Below, one piece after another: positions 50,404 to 59,117 of a stretch of DNA of 64,000 nucleotides. Source of the stretch: Methanomicrobia archaeon (lineage in GTDB: Archaea; Halobacteriota; Syntropharchaeia; Alkanophagales; Methanospirareceae). The stretch lies in contig DSCO01000022.1 in the NCBI GenBank assembly GCA_011049045.1, forward strand, positions 1,260 through 65,259, given 5' to 3'. A model generated the notes under the pieces. The model had not been told where the DNA came from and searched no databases. It saw nothing but the letters and a program-made list of their open reading frames with translations. Both the position numbers and the translations under genes were made by a program. Every line of letters begins with the position of its first letter. The first letter of the stretch is position 1.

Positions 50404-50612
50404 TGATCATCCCGCGTCGTAAAACCATTCGCATGATGCGAAACGCAAACCACGAAGCGTGCTGGCCCGAGATACAGAAGAAGGCACGGCGCGTCAGAAC
50501 GGTCGTTGACGACACAGGCGCGCGCTTCGTCGTTTACCGCATCTCAGGCAAAGAGCTCATGCAGGTGATGATCAAGCATCGCACCACAATACTCGCCCCG
50601 CGTGACGATTAA
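50397..50612 (+). CDS. hypothetical protein (weak)
   Basis: 71-aa ORF overlapping the upstream stop, with a non-ATG start. Confidence 0.25.
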   Translation: MVVIIPRRKTIRMMRNANHEACWPEIQKKARRVRTVVDDTGARFVVYRISGKELMQVMIKHRTTILAPRDD

Positions 50613-50691
50613 ACATTCCGCTACCACGCCCATTCCGAAGGTTGCGGTTTGCATGTGCAAGTTTTATATAGTATTCAAACTGTTCTCGTGA

Positions 50692-51288
50692 TTGGGGCAT
50701 GAATATGGTAAGAAAACCGATGAAGGTAAGCTTCTGGAAGACGCTCACATCTTCACACATCCTGTAAGGCACCGGATCGTGGAGCTGCTCGCGAAAAGGC
50801 CGATGCACATCGATGCGCTAAGCAGAGCGTTAGATGAAAAGAGGGGGCTCGTCGCCTATCATCTTGATACCTTGCAAGAGCACGGATTCGTGAAGAGCGA
50901 GTACGGTATCTTCCTTTTACAAGAGCTAGAGCAAATCGTAACGGCACTGAGGGTGTACAGGGTGACCGATAAGGTGGTGGAGGTGAAGGTGAAAAGAAAA
51001 AGGAGACAAAATTTAAAAGCCAGATCCATCCGGGACGCCATCACCAGCATTGGGTGCGGGACCTCTGGGTTCTCCAGGTTTGTCTTCATTTACCCAACCA
51101 CCATCCCAGCCAGGACCATCTTGCACGCCATCACCAGCATTGGGTGCGGGACCTCGTGTTTCACTAGCAATTACACCCGGAGAAAGGATGGTTGCCACAA
51201 CTATTGCAGTCAAAAATATAACCAGTATCTTTTTCATGTACTCATCACCGCCTATCTCGTTTTGCACCTACATGTGCAAAATGAATAG
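50692..51288 (+). CDS. ArsR-like wHTH regulator (paralog 1); true 3' end uncertain
   Basis: HPVRHRIVELLAKRPMHIDALSRALDEKRGLVAYHLDTLQEHGFV. Homologous at DNA and protein level to 55094..55399. The part beyond about 51000 is antisense to the peptide gene and probably not coding. Confidence 0.55.
   Translation: MGHEYGKKTDEGKLLEDAHIFTHPVRHRIVELLAKRPMHIDALSRALDEKRGLVAYHLDTLQEHGFVKSEYGIFLLQELEQIVTALRVYRVTDKVVEVKVKRKRRQNLKARSIRDAITSIGCGTSGFSRFVFIYPTTIPARTILHAITSIGCGTSCFTSNYTRRKDGCHNYCSQKYNQYLFHVLITAYLVLHLHVQNE
51013..51237 (-). CDS. small secreted protein with duplicated RGPAPNAGDGV.DG.G motif
   Basis: ATG at 51237 is preceded by ggcggtgatgag (SD-like). Signal peptide MKKILVIFLTAIVVATILSPGVIASE. 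Two copies of RGPAPNAGDGV(Q/P)DG(P/S)G arise from 31-nt perfect DNA repeats 90 bp apart. Confidence 0.6.
   Translation of the reverse strand: MKKILVIFLTAIVVATILSPGVIASETRGPAPNAGDGVQDGPGWDGGWVNEDKPGEPRGPAPNAGDGVPDGSGF
51261..51280. promoter_or_regulatory. inverted repeat TTTGCAC-N6-GTGCAAA upstream of the peptide gene (candidate ArsR-like operator)
   Basis: Read directly. The 9-mer CATGTGCAA recurs at 50652..50660, just upstream of the TATA-like box of the regulator gene. Confidence 0.35.
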
Positions 51289-51344
51289 GGGCAAACCACC
51301 TTAAAAGGTTTTAAGGTCTTATTCGGTTTAATCTTCCTCCTTTT

Positions 51345-51605
51345 TATGTACAACTCACAGAGCTGCTTGCGGAGCGGCCGATGCCTATCGATGCTCTGAG
51401 CCGTGCCTTAGATGAAAAGAGGATGCTCGTCGCGTACCATCTCTCTACGTTGCAAGAGCGCGGATTCGTGAAGAGCGAGTACGGTATCTTCCTTCTGCAA
51501 GAGCCAGAGCAGAGAGTCACGGCGCTGCGGGTGTACCGGGTGACCGATAAGGTGGTGGAGGTAAAAAGAAGCTATCCGCTTCCCCTGTTCCGCGCTCAGA
51601 TATGA
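51345..51605 (+). pseudogene. 5'-truncated ArsR-like wHTH gene (paralog 2)
   Basis: The frame reads YVQLTELLAERPMPIDALSRALDEKRMLVAYHLSTLQERGFVKSEYGIFLLQE..., colinear with paralog 1 from its helix 1 onward. There is no start codon at the homologous N-terminus. Confidence 0.5.
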
Positions 51606-51756
51606 AGAGCGATAAAAAAAGGTGTTACGAGGTGCTATTTGGTATAGGATATATCGAAGCGGTTTTAATGTTTATGGCGATCATATACATGAAATCCCGA
51701 TCAAAATAGGCAATTTGTAGGCTACTTATACCTATTTTTAGGTAAAGGAGATTAGC

Positions 51757-52134
51757 ATGATGAGCGAAGAAAAAGCTGAATACGTACTTGTATCGCTCTG
51801 TTTGTTGGGGGTACCATGCAGATTTCATGGCAAGCGGGAAGTTATGGGGCACCGGATCGGGCGCCCATCCCTTATCGCTAGGCTCGAAAAGCGGTATCGA
51901 CTGCTTCCACTTTGTCCGGAGCAGCTTGGGGGGCTTACTACACCGAGACCAGCGGCGGAAGTCATAAGCAGCGGACGGGTGCGAGCGAAGGACGGTGCGG
52001 ACGTCACCGAGCAGTACGAACGAGGCACCGAGATCGTACTTGAGATCGTGGAGCGGTACGGCATAAAGCGGGCGTGGCTACTCAAGGATAGCCCGGCATG
52101 TGGTCGCGGCTACGGGATCGTGCAGGAAAGATAA
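51757..52134 (+). CDS. DUF523-family protein (2-thiouracil desulfurase-like)
   Basis: SLCLLGVPCRFHG...CPEQLGGLTTPRPAAE matches the DUF523 Cys motif pattern. Confidence 0.65.
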   Translation: MMSEEKAEYVLVSLCLLGVPCRFHGKREVMGHRIGRPSLIARLEKRYRLLPLCPEQLGGLTTPRPAAEVISSGRVRAKDGADVTEQYERGTEIVLEIVERYGIKRAWLLKDSPACGRGYGIVQER

Positions 52135-52251
52135 GTACCTGCTAAAGAGGTACTTACCAGAAGTACACAACCTTTTATAAATGGAAATAGTATTCTCTTT
52201 TGTTGAGATGGGGGTGGAGTTAAAAAGGCAAGGAAGCTGACTGCATCATCG

Positions 52252-52560
52252 ATGAAGAAAGGGATGAAGGTGTGGGGTGTGGTGGCGGTTTTGATGGTTC
52301 TTGGGAGTTTGCTCGTTGGCGTTGTGAGCGCAGGCGAAGTCCCATTTTCGCCATATTATCCTGAACCAAGATCTAACAAACAGTGGTATCTTAATCAAAA
52401 TGATGGCTATCTTCCAGAAAGCACTACAACAAATTGTGGTCCTGCTGCAGCTGCGATGGTAATAAATTATTTTACAGGTAAGAAGCTGAGTCTCCAATAC
52501 CGGGATTTAAAGCACTACTCGCCATCGCAGGAGTATTCGGCGTGGCATTCTTCGTTTTGA
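52252..52560 (+). CDS. secreted papain-like (C39-like) cysteine peptidase, N-terminal fragment only
   Basis: Signal peptide plus the catalytic-Cys motif NCGPAAAAMVINYF. The ORF ends after about 100 aa without the His/Asp part. Confidence 0.4.
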   Translation: MKKGMKVWGVVAVLMVLGSLLVGVVSAGEVPFSPYYPEPRSNKQWYLNQNDGYLPESTTTNCGPAAAAMVINYFTGKKLSLQYRDLKHYSPSQEYSAWHSSF

Positions 52561-52570
52561 AAAGACGGAA

Positions 52571-53038
52571 ATGAATGAGAATGGGATAGGTGAAGAGGAA
52601 TACAGGGCTTTTATTGGAAAAAAAGCCGATTATTATACCAAAAAATGGTCAGCTATGGATGTTCGGCAAAGTAAGTGGTCTTGGAATTGGGGTGCTTTTA
52701 TCTTCAGAGAATTATGGTTTGCTTATAGGAAGATGTATATTTTTGCTTTGATCCTTTTTATTTTTCTTGGTTTAATAGTTGTTGTATCCTCAATATATTT
52801 ACAAATCGAAGATGAAGATATGGCTAACTTTGTGAAAGGTGTAAAAATATTATATTGGGCTATTGTTGCCGTCTATGCGAACTACTTGTATCACAAACAC
52901 GCAGACAAGAAGATTATTGATTTTAAAAGCACAAGTACCGGTGAATTGGCTACATCAGAATTAGCTAAACGCGGAGGGACCTCCTTAATTGCTCCCGTTA
53001 TTTTTATAGTTTTTGAAGGCATCCTATTTTTTATATAG
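52571..53038 (+). CDS. DUF2628-like membrane protein
   Basis: YYTKKWSAMD...WNWGAFIF.ELWFAYRKMY pattern and two TM segments, in an AT-rich block. Confidence 0.5.
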   Translation: MNENGIGEEEYRAFIGKKADYYTKKWSAMDVRQSKWSWNWGAFIFRELWFAYRKMYIFALILFIFLGLIVVVSSIYLQIEDEDMANFVKGVKILYWAIVAVYANYLYHKHADKKIIDFKSTSTGELATSELAKRGGTSLIAPVIFIVFEGILFFI

Positions 53039-53127
53039 AATGAAAGCCACAAAATTATTGATAAGAGTAATGCTTTGAGCGTTGAGGAAGTGCTAAAAAA
53101 GGCTCGTGCAAGACACAGCATGACCTG

Positions 53128-53619
53128 TTGGATCGCAGGATTCTCCGGCTCACTGGCGAGGCATTCGGTCAAGGAGCCTTACTGACGCAGGCAGACCTAG
53201 CGATCCTCTTGAACGAGAGCACGAAAACTGTTGCGCGGCATATCAAGGACCTGGAGACTCATGGCCACGTCGTGCCAACGAGAGGCAGCTGGAAGGACAT
53301 CGGTCCCGGGGTGAGTCACAAGAAACGCATACTGGAGCTTTACCTCAAAGGCGATGAATACACGGAGCTAGAGCGGAAGACCAAGCACAGTGGCGAAGCG
53401 ATAATGCGGTACGTGAAAGACTTCGCCCGGGTCCTGGTTCTTACCGAGGAAGAGTACTCAGCGGCAGAGCTCAGGATCGTAACCGGGCTATCGGACAGGA
53501 TAATTCGAGAGTACCAGGAGCTTATTGAGCAGTATTCAGGTCACGAGTACCGTGAGCGGTTAGAGCACCTGAGAGCGATCTTCAAAAAAAGGCGACGATC
53601 GGCGACCCCCGGGAGCTAG
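53128..53619 (+). CDS. DUF1670-like HTH protein (IS-associated family), probably N-terminally truncated
   Basis: LTQADLAILLNESTKTVARHIKDLE HTH. No ATG start; followed by an unrelated fragment ORF. Confidence 0.4.
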   Translation: MDRRILRLTGEAFGQGALLTQADLAILLNESTKTVARHIKDLETHGHVVPTRGSWKDIGPGVSHKKRILELYLKGDEYTELERKTKHSGEAIMRYVKDFARVLVLTEEEYSAAELRIVTGLSDRIIREYQELIEQYSGHEYRERLEHLRAIFKKRRRSATPGS

Positions 53620-53906
53620 GGGTCTCAGGCACCTCAGGGAGGTGGTCTCCATGAACGTTCCCGCGATGATCGAAGCGAAGGTGGCGAACTCCTTGAAAGG
53701 TGTGCTCATAGACCTCATCCAGCGCGAGTACCAGTTCATCGCCGGTGAGATAATATCCAGGAGATGTTCGCCAATGATGTCTTTTTCACTATTATGTACA
53801 GCTCACAGAGCTGCTTGCGGATCCGGTACATTTAAATATCGTCCGAACCTCATCTCTACGTGGTCTGATACAGACCGCCAACGCACCTGCCAAACCGCAA
53901 CCTACC

Positions 53907-54839
53907 ATGACCCTCAAGGAAAAAGCGATTGCGTGGTTCAGGCTCACTCGACTCCCCCTCTATTCCCTGGCCTTTATCGCCTATAGCATGGGTGCGGCCG
54001 CGGCGCACGCGACCTATCAGCAATTTGATGGGGCGGTCTATGCGCTCGGCGGTCTGGGGCTCATATTGATTATGCTGAATGCGGTGATCCTCAATGAGTA
54101 CGTGGATTACCCCTCCGATTGTCTCAATAAGAACCGAGGCGCGTTCAATGCGGGTTCAGGCGTGCTGGTAGAGGGTAAACTCGGATTTTCTGAGGTAAAG
54201 GCGGGTTTCGTCCTCATACTCTGTGCAATCCCCGTTTGTGCCTATGTGCTCATCCAGTTAGCAACGGAAGTCTCGGCAACTTCCGTTCTCGCATTGGTAT
54301 TTATTGGTATCTTCTTTGGCTGGGGATATTCCGCGCCACCGCTTAAATTCAGCTATCGCGGTCTCGGCGAACTTGTCAATAGTTTGATGCACGGCCCCGC
54401 GATTGTGCTTGCCGGGTTCGTACTTCAGACCGGAATGTGGACGAGCTCATTGCCCTGGCTCTTGGGCACCCCGCTCTTTTTCGCTACACTTGCTGCAGCG
54501 ATTTTGGCTGATCTTCCTGATTACCGATCCGATGCTGAGATCTCCCGAAAGACCGTTCCCGTCATCATTGGACCACGATTGACGGCACTACTCGCGTCCG
54601 GGTTCATTGCGCTTGCCGTTATTGCTGGTTTAGCGCTCTGGTATGTTGAACTCATTAAATATCCACTTGGACTGCTGATTCTTATTGTTGTCCCCAATGC
54701 AGTGATTCAAGAACGCGCAGTAATCACAATGATTAAAAAAGCTGATTATGATCGCCACATGACGGATATTATGAAATATGCGGATTTACAAATGCTTCTG
54801 TTTGGACTCTTACCATTACTAGCGTTCTTATTAAGATAA
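53907..54839 (+). CDS. UbiA-family prenyltransferase (MenA-like)
   Basis: 310 aa with about 8-9 TM segments, an N(D/E)Y.D...D motif (LNEYVDYPSD) and a second Asp-rich site (DLPDYRSD). Confidence 0.7.
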   Translation: MTLKEKAIAWFRLTRLPLYSLAFIAYSMGAAAAHATYQQFDGAVYALGGLGLILIMLNAVILNEYVDYPSDCLNKNRGAFNAGSGVLVEGKLGFSEVKAGFVLILCAIPVCAYVLIQLATEVSATSVLALVFIGIFFGWGYSAPPLKFSYRGLGELVNSLMHGPAIVLAGFVLQTGMWTSSLPWLLGTPLFFATLAAAILADLPDYRSDAEISRKTVPVIIGPRLTALLASGFIALAVIAGLALWYVELIKYPLGLLILIVVPNAVIQERAVITMIKKADYDRHMTDIMKYADLQMLLFGLLPLLAFLLR

Positions 54840-55093
54840 AATTCTGAACTAGGAGACGGAGTGGTCGACAGCGATCTTGCTGAGAATCTCGCGCTCAATG
54901 AAATCTTATATTCAGCTTTCTTCCCTCTCAAAGATGCAGATCAAGCCCAGCTGGCCGCACAGGGCGATCTCCTGCAACCGCCAGCCGCTCGCAGCCGGGT
55001 CCGAACTGTCTCGACTTGAGCATCCGGGTAGCTAAGGTTCATCTGTGTGCGTTCTATATACCGTAAAGTTACTAATGTGATTGGGGCAGAAAT

Positions 55094-55399
55094 ATGGAAA
55101 GAGAACCGTCAGAAGGTAAGCTTTCAGAAGACTTTTACGTCCTCATTCATCCCATACGTTACCGAATCGTCAAATTGCTTGCCGATAAGCCGCTGCACGT
55201 AAATGCAATTGCCCTCGCGATGGGTATTGAAAGGCGGCACATTACCTACCATTTACGGATCCTGGAGGACTCTGGATTCATAACGAGCAAGTACGGAGTC
55301 TCGGAAGAGAAAAAATTGAGGGGAAAGGCACTAAGGGTGTGTACGCTTACTGACAAGGTCGCGGAAGTGAAAGCGGCGTTGAAAAAGGATCTGGAGTAG
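55094..55399 (+). CDS. ArsR-like wHTH regulator (paralog 3)
   Basis: HPIRYRIVKLLADKPLHVNAIALAMGIERRHITYHLRILEDSGFI. The promoter/5' region is homologous to that of 50692. Confidence 0.7.
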   Translation: MEREPSEGKLSEDFYVLIHPIRYRIVKLLADKPLHVNAIALAMGIERRHITYHLRILEDSGFITSKYGVSEEKKLRGKALRVCTLTDKVAEVKAALKKDLE

Positions 55400-55476
55400 G
55401 ATCTAATTGCCTTCGTCTGGGGGCGGAGCCAGCTAGCTTCCGAGTTTAAGTTCATCTCGATCCTATTCGTACTTAT

Positions 55477-56268
55477 ATGGTGCCGTACGTATTGCGCGCA
55501 CCGCAGGGGCTGTTTACCGTGCCTTCAGTGAGCTCACATTCCGAGGAAGCGAAGCCGCCCGCGCATCGCGGACGCAGCGGGGCAGCACAGTCAAGAGCAC
55601 GCATATCCACCGGTCTGCCGCGGCTCGATCCGATCTTGGGCGGCTTCAAAGCGGGCACCGTGAGCCTGATTGAGGGCAACCATCCCCTCATCTCCGAGGC
55701 GCTCTCGCTGCTCGCCATCAATGCGGTCACGCACTTGGAAAAATCGGTCGTGTACGTGGACGGCGGTAATTCCATTGATCCTTACCTCATTGCGACGCTC
55801 GCCAAACGGTCAGGGGTAAAACCAGCTCAGGTGCTACAGCAGATCCTGGTTGCACGGGCGTTCACCGCGTATCAACTGGACACCATCATCTCTGATCGGC
55901 TCGAAGCGGTGCTCGATCAGGCAGAGCTAGGCCTGCTGATCGTTGCTCGCATTACAGATCTCTTCCTGGATCGGGCGGTGGCAGAGAAGGAGGCACTCGC
56001 CATGTTGAGCCGATGCGTTGCGCGCATCGAAACGAGCACTCACGATCGAGCGCTGATCACCGTGGTCACGAAGCGGCGACGAACGCCTTCATCGCGCGCG
56101 CTGGCGTTCGATGAGATCCTCGCGAAGCTCCCGGAAGACCGGATCAGCGTAGAACGCAGGAGGAAGGGCGTCAGGCTGCACCAGCACACGCGCGATATCA
56201 TCATGGACTACGTGCCGCTTTCGATCTATCAAACGACCCTGGATGAGTTCATAGGCGGTGGTACGTGA
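55477..56268 (+). CDS. RadB/RecA-fold protein lacking Walker A and Walker B residues
   Basis: ISTGLPRLDPILGGFKAGTVSLIEGNHPLISEAL...VVYVDGGNSIDP...LLIVARITDLF is colinear with RadB. The P-loop GxxGxGKT is replaced by GNHPLISE, and the Walker B Asp by Ala. Confidence 0.65.
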   Translation: MVPYVLRAPQGLFTVPSVSSHSEEAKPPAHRGRSGAAQSRARISTGLPRLDPILGGFKAGTVSLIEGNHPLISEALSLLAINAVTHLEKSVVYVDGGNSIDPYLIATLAKRSGVKPAQVLQQILVARAFTAYQLDTIISDRLEAVLDQAELGLLIVARITDLFLDRAVAEKEALAMLSRCVARIETSTHDRALITVVTKRRRTPSSRALAFDEILAKLPEDRISVERRRKGVRLHQHTRDIIMDYVPLSIYQTTLDEFIGGGT

Positions 56269-56548
56269 GATGGGTAGGACGGTCCGCACCTATCGGACGG
56301 TGCTGGAGGAGTTGATCGCCGACTGGGAACGGTTTCGGAAAGCGCTGCGGAAAGAGGATCGGGAAGCGTTCGATCGCCTGATGGCGAAAGCGCGCACACA
56401 TGCCAGTGCGGCCAGCTACGACGCACGCGTTGACCCCAGCGAATCGCTCTTCATGTCTATTCTGGTGGAGCTGGAACGCGAGCTCGAGGCGCTCAGAGCG
56501 AAGGTCGCGGAGCTTGAGCAGCAGCAGAAGGAGGAGCAAGAGCAGTGA
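56258..56548 (+). CDS. small helical/coiled-coil protein
   Basis: 96-aa ORF overlapping both neighbours, with a C-terminal ELERELEALRAKVAELEQQQKEEQEQ. Confidence 0.5.
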   Translation: MVREMGRTVRTYRTVLEELIADWERFRKALRKEDREAFDRLMAKARTHASAASYDARVDPSESLFMSILVELERELEALRAKVAELEQQQKEEQEQ

Positions 56549-58773
56549 ACGGCTGGGTACTCGATGTCGGTGCGGATTATGAGCAGAACTCGATCATGCT
56601 CTGGCTGAAGCAGGAGAGCGGTTTGGTCGAAGCGGTGGAATGCCCCTTCTTACCCTCGCTTTATGTGCACGCGGCGCCGGCGAACTTGCAGGTGCTGGAA
56701 GAGACCTTCGAGGACGAGCCGTTCGTCAATGCATGGGGGTACGAGGAGAAACGTCTGTGGCCGGGCGAGCCTGCGCAGGAGGTATTGCGAATCACGCTCG
56801 CGGAGTACCGGATGCTTATGAAGCTCGCGCGCGAGATCGACGAGATGGGTGATTACTCGCTCTACGAGCTCTTCAACGTGGATCTCAGCATCCCCACGGC
56901 GTTTATGCTGGAGAAGGGCATCGTCCCGATGGCGCAGATCGGACTCAAGAAACAATCAGAGTTCGAGCTGCTCGAAGATCTCACCGCGATTGATTATCCG
57001 GTACCAGAGCTCCGAAGCGTCAGCCTGGAGGGCAAGGTCAACGCTACAAGCACGCAGCACATGGCTGCATGTCCAATATCTGAGCTCTTGCTGGACGGCC
57101 AGCCGGTAGCGGGTCGCACTGAGCGGGATTTGCTCAGCGGACTCATTGAAGCCATCACTGCTAGGGATCCGGACATCATTTACACCCCTAACGGCGACGC
57201 GTTCCTCATCCCGTACCTCATGGAGCGTGCACGGGTCAACGAACTCGATGACTTCTGCCTCGGCCGCGGACGCGACCTTCGGCCGGTGGGGCAGCCGAAG
57301 TCCTATTTCAGCTACGGGCGCGTGATCTACCGGCCACCGAAATGCCGCTTCAACGGCCGGATACACATCGATCAGAGCAGCTCGTTCCTCTTCCGCGAGG
57401 GTGGCCTTCCCGGCCTGATCGAGCTCGCACGATTATCCCGGATTCCGCTGCAATCGGTATCCCGTGTGACACCCGGCACGGTGATCACCGCGATGCAGAT
57501 CGCAGAAGCGTCGCAGGAGAACGTCCTCATCCGCTGGAAGAAGAACGTGCCCGAGGCGTTTAAAGACGCGCAAACGCTCTTCCTCGCTGATCGCGGCGGC
57601 ATGATTTACGATCCCCGCGTGGGCGTCCATGAAGACGTGGTGGAGATCGACTTCACCTCGCTCTATCCAAGCATCATGGTCAAGCATAACATCTCGCCTG
57701 AGACCGTGCTCTGCTCGTGCTGCCCGGATAGCAGCCACCGCGTCCCGATCATTGATTACCCGATCTGCGAGCAGCGGGTGGGGCTGATCCCGCGCGTCCT
57801 GGAGCCGCTGATCGCGCGCAGGAGTGAATACAAGCGACGCGTGAAAGCGAAAAAATGGCAGGATAACTGGGCGATCTATGAGGCACGCAAGAACGTGCTG
57901 AAATGGATCCTCGTTACCTGTTTCGGCTATACCGGTTACAGAAATGCACGGTTCGGACGGATCGAATGCCACGAAGCGATCAATGCGTACGGCAGAGAGC
58001 TTTTGCTCCAGACTGCGCAGATCGCCGAAGAGCGCGGCTACGAGGTGCTCCACGGGATCATCGATTCGCTCTGGTTGAAGGGCGCCGCGCAGAATGCACG
58101 CGACCACGAGCTATTGCGGCAAGCGATCGAGCACGAAACGGGCATGCCGCTGGAGCTCGAAGGCGTGTACCGCTGGGTCGTCTTTCTGGCCCGGAAGTCC
58201 CAGAGCACGGGCGCGCTGAACCGCTATTACGGGCTCTTCGCGGACGGCACGATGAAGATCCGCGGCCTGGAGCTGAGGCGTAGCGATACGCCGCAACTGA
58301 TCAGGAACGCGCAACTGGATCTGCTGAAGGTGATGGCCCGAGCTGATAACGTCGCGGCGCTGTACGAGCTCATGCCTGACGTGATCGGGGTGCTCCGGAG
58401 GTACGCTGATCGCATCGTGAACGGCGAGTGCGCGTTGGAGGAGCTGGTCTTTACGCCCGTGGTCTCACGCGAGCTCGAGTTCTATTCGCACCTGACCAAC
58501 AGCGCCGCCTGCCTGCTCCAGTTGAAGCGGCGTGGACGTGCCGTGCACCCGGGCGAGCGGATACAGTACATCGTGACTGATGCCGGCTCAGCGCGCATCG
58601 CGAAGAAGGTAAAGGCCTGGGCGCTGGTTGACGGCACGGAACAGTATGATAAGAAGCGCTACGTCCGGCATTTGCTCAGGGCAGCCGAAAGCATCCTCTC
58701 ACCGTTTGGCTATACGGAGCGCAAACTGGCAGAGATCATTAAACCTACAAGACAATTGACGCTTCCGATCTAA
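56545..58773 (+). CDS. polB: family B DNA polymerase, divergent (exonuclease motifs degenerate, motif C variant)
   Basis: Motif A DFTSLYPSI; motif B K..L....FGYTGY; motif C HGIIDS (canonical DTDS); RGLELRRSD. ExoI reads SLE instead of DIE, ExoII reads NGDAFLIPYL (FD to FL), and the ExoIII segment is missing. Confidence 0.9.
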   Translation: MNGWVLDVGADYEQNSIMLWLKQESGLVEAVECPFLPSLYVHAAPANLQVLEETFEDEPFVNAWGYEEKRLWPGEPAQEVLRITLAEYRMLMKLAREIDEMGDYSLYELFNVDLSIPTAFMLEKGIVPMAQIGLKKQSEFELLEDLTAIDYPVPELRSVSLEGKVNATSTQHMAACPISELLLDGQPVAGRTERDLLSGLIEAITARDPDIIYTPNGDAFLIPYLMERARVNELDDFCLGRGRDLRPVGQPKSYFSYGRVIYRPPKCRFNGRIHIDQSSSFLFREGGLPGLIELARLSRIPLQSVSRVTPGTVITAMQIAEASQENVLIRWKKNVPEAFKDAQTLFLADRGGMIYDPRVGVHEDVVEIDFTSLYPSIMVKHNISPETVLCSCCPDSSHRVPIIDYPICEQRVGLIPRVLEPLIARRSEYKRRVKAKKWQDNWAIYEARKNVLKWILVTCFGYTGYRNARFGRIECHEAINAYGRELLLQTAQIAEERGYEVLHGIIDSLWLKGAAQNARDHELLRQAIEHETGMPLELEGVYRWVVFLARKSQSTGALNRYYGLFADGTMKIRGLELRRSDTPQLIRNAQLDLLKVMARADNVAALYELMPDVIGVLRRYADRIVNGECALEELVFTPVVSRELEFYSHLTNSAACLLQLKRRGRAVHPGERIQYIVTDAGSARIAKKVKAWALVDGTEQYDKKRYVRHLLRAAESILSPFGYTERKLAEIIKPTRQLTLPI

Positions 58774-58853
58774 CTCGCAAGCTCTGAAGAAACGACAAGC
58801 TCAGTAGTCACATCTGAAGAACTGAGTTCAGGATCTTTAACCTTGAGTTTCCT

Positions 58854-59117
58854 TTACTTTGCGACGAGCCCCTCAAAGGTCTTCGCTACGTCGCCCAGTA
58901 GCTTCTTCTCCTCTGTACTCAGGTTCGGTGATACCTGCAAACCCTTCAACACGCCGATTGCCTCAATGGTCTTAGTGATCTGCGCTGCAGGTGCTACCTT
59001 CTCAGCTGCTTTCTTTGCTCGCTTCGTTGCTCGCTTGTGATTCATCCTCACATGCCGTGCTAATTCCAGGGGTGTTCCAAACTTCTCACCACAATATTTG
59101 CATTTATATTCTGCCAT
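58854..59117 (-). CDS. C2H2 zinc-finger protein
   Basis: YKCKYCGEKFGTPLELARHVRMNH. A TATA-like atttatata lies upstream. Confidence 0.65.
   Translation of the reverse strand: MAEYKCKYCGEKFGTPLELARHVRMNHKRATKRAKKAAEKVAPAAQITKTIEAIGVLKGLQVSPNLSTEEKKLLGDVAKTFEGLVAK

Noticed and set aside
50998-51288. C-terminal about 95 codons of the ArsR-like ORF (DAITSIGCGTS repeats)
   Set aside because: The region is the mirror image of the signal-peptide-bearing repeat peptide gene on the minus strand, which has an SD-like site. The homolog at 55094 ends after about 101 aa.
56545-58773. PolB as part of a casposon or a protein-primed linear plasmid/virus
   Set aside because: No Cas1, no terminal-protein-like gene and no terminal inverted repeats are visible around it. 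The sequence is colinear with RNA/DNA-primed archaeal PolBs such as the Pfu type.
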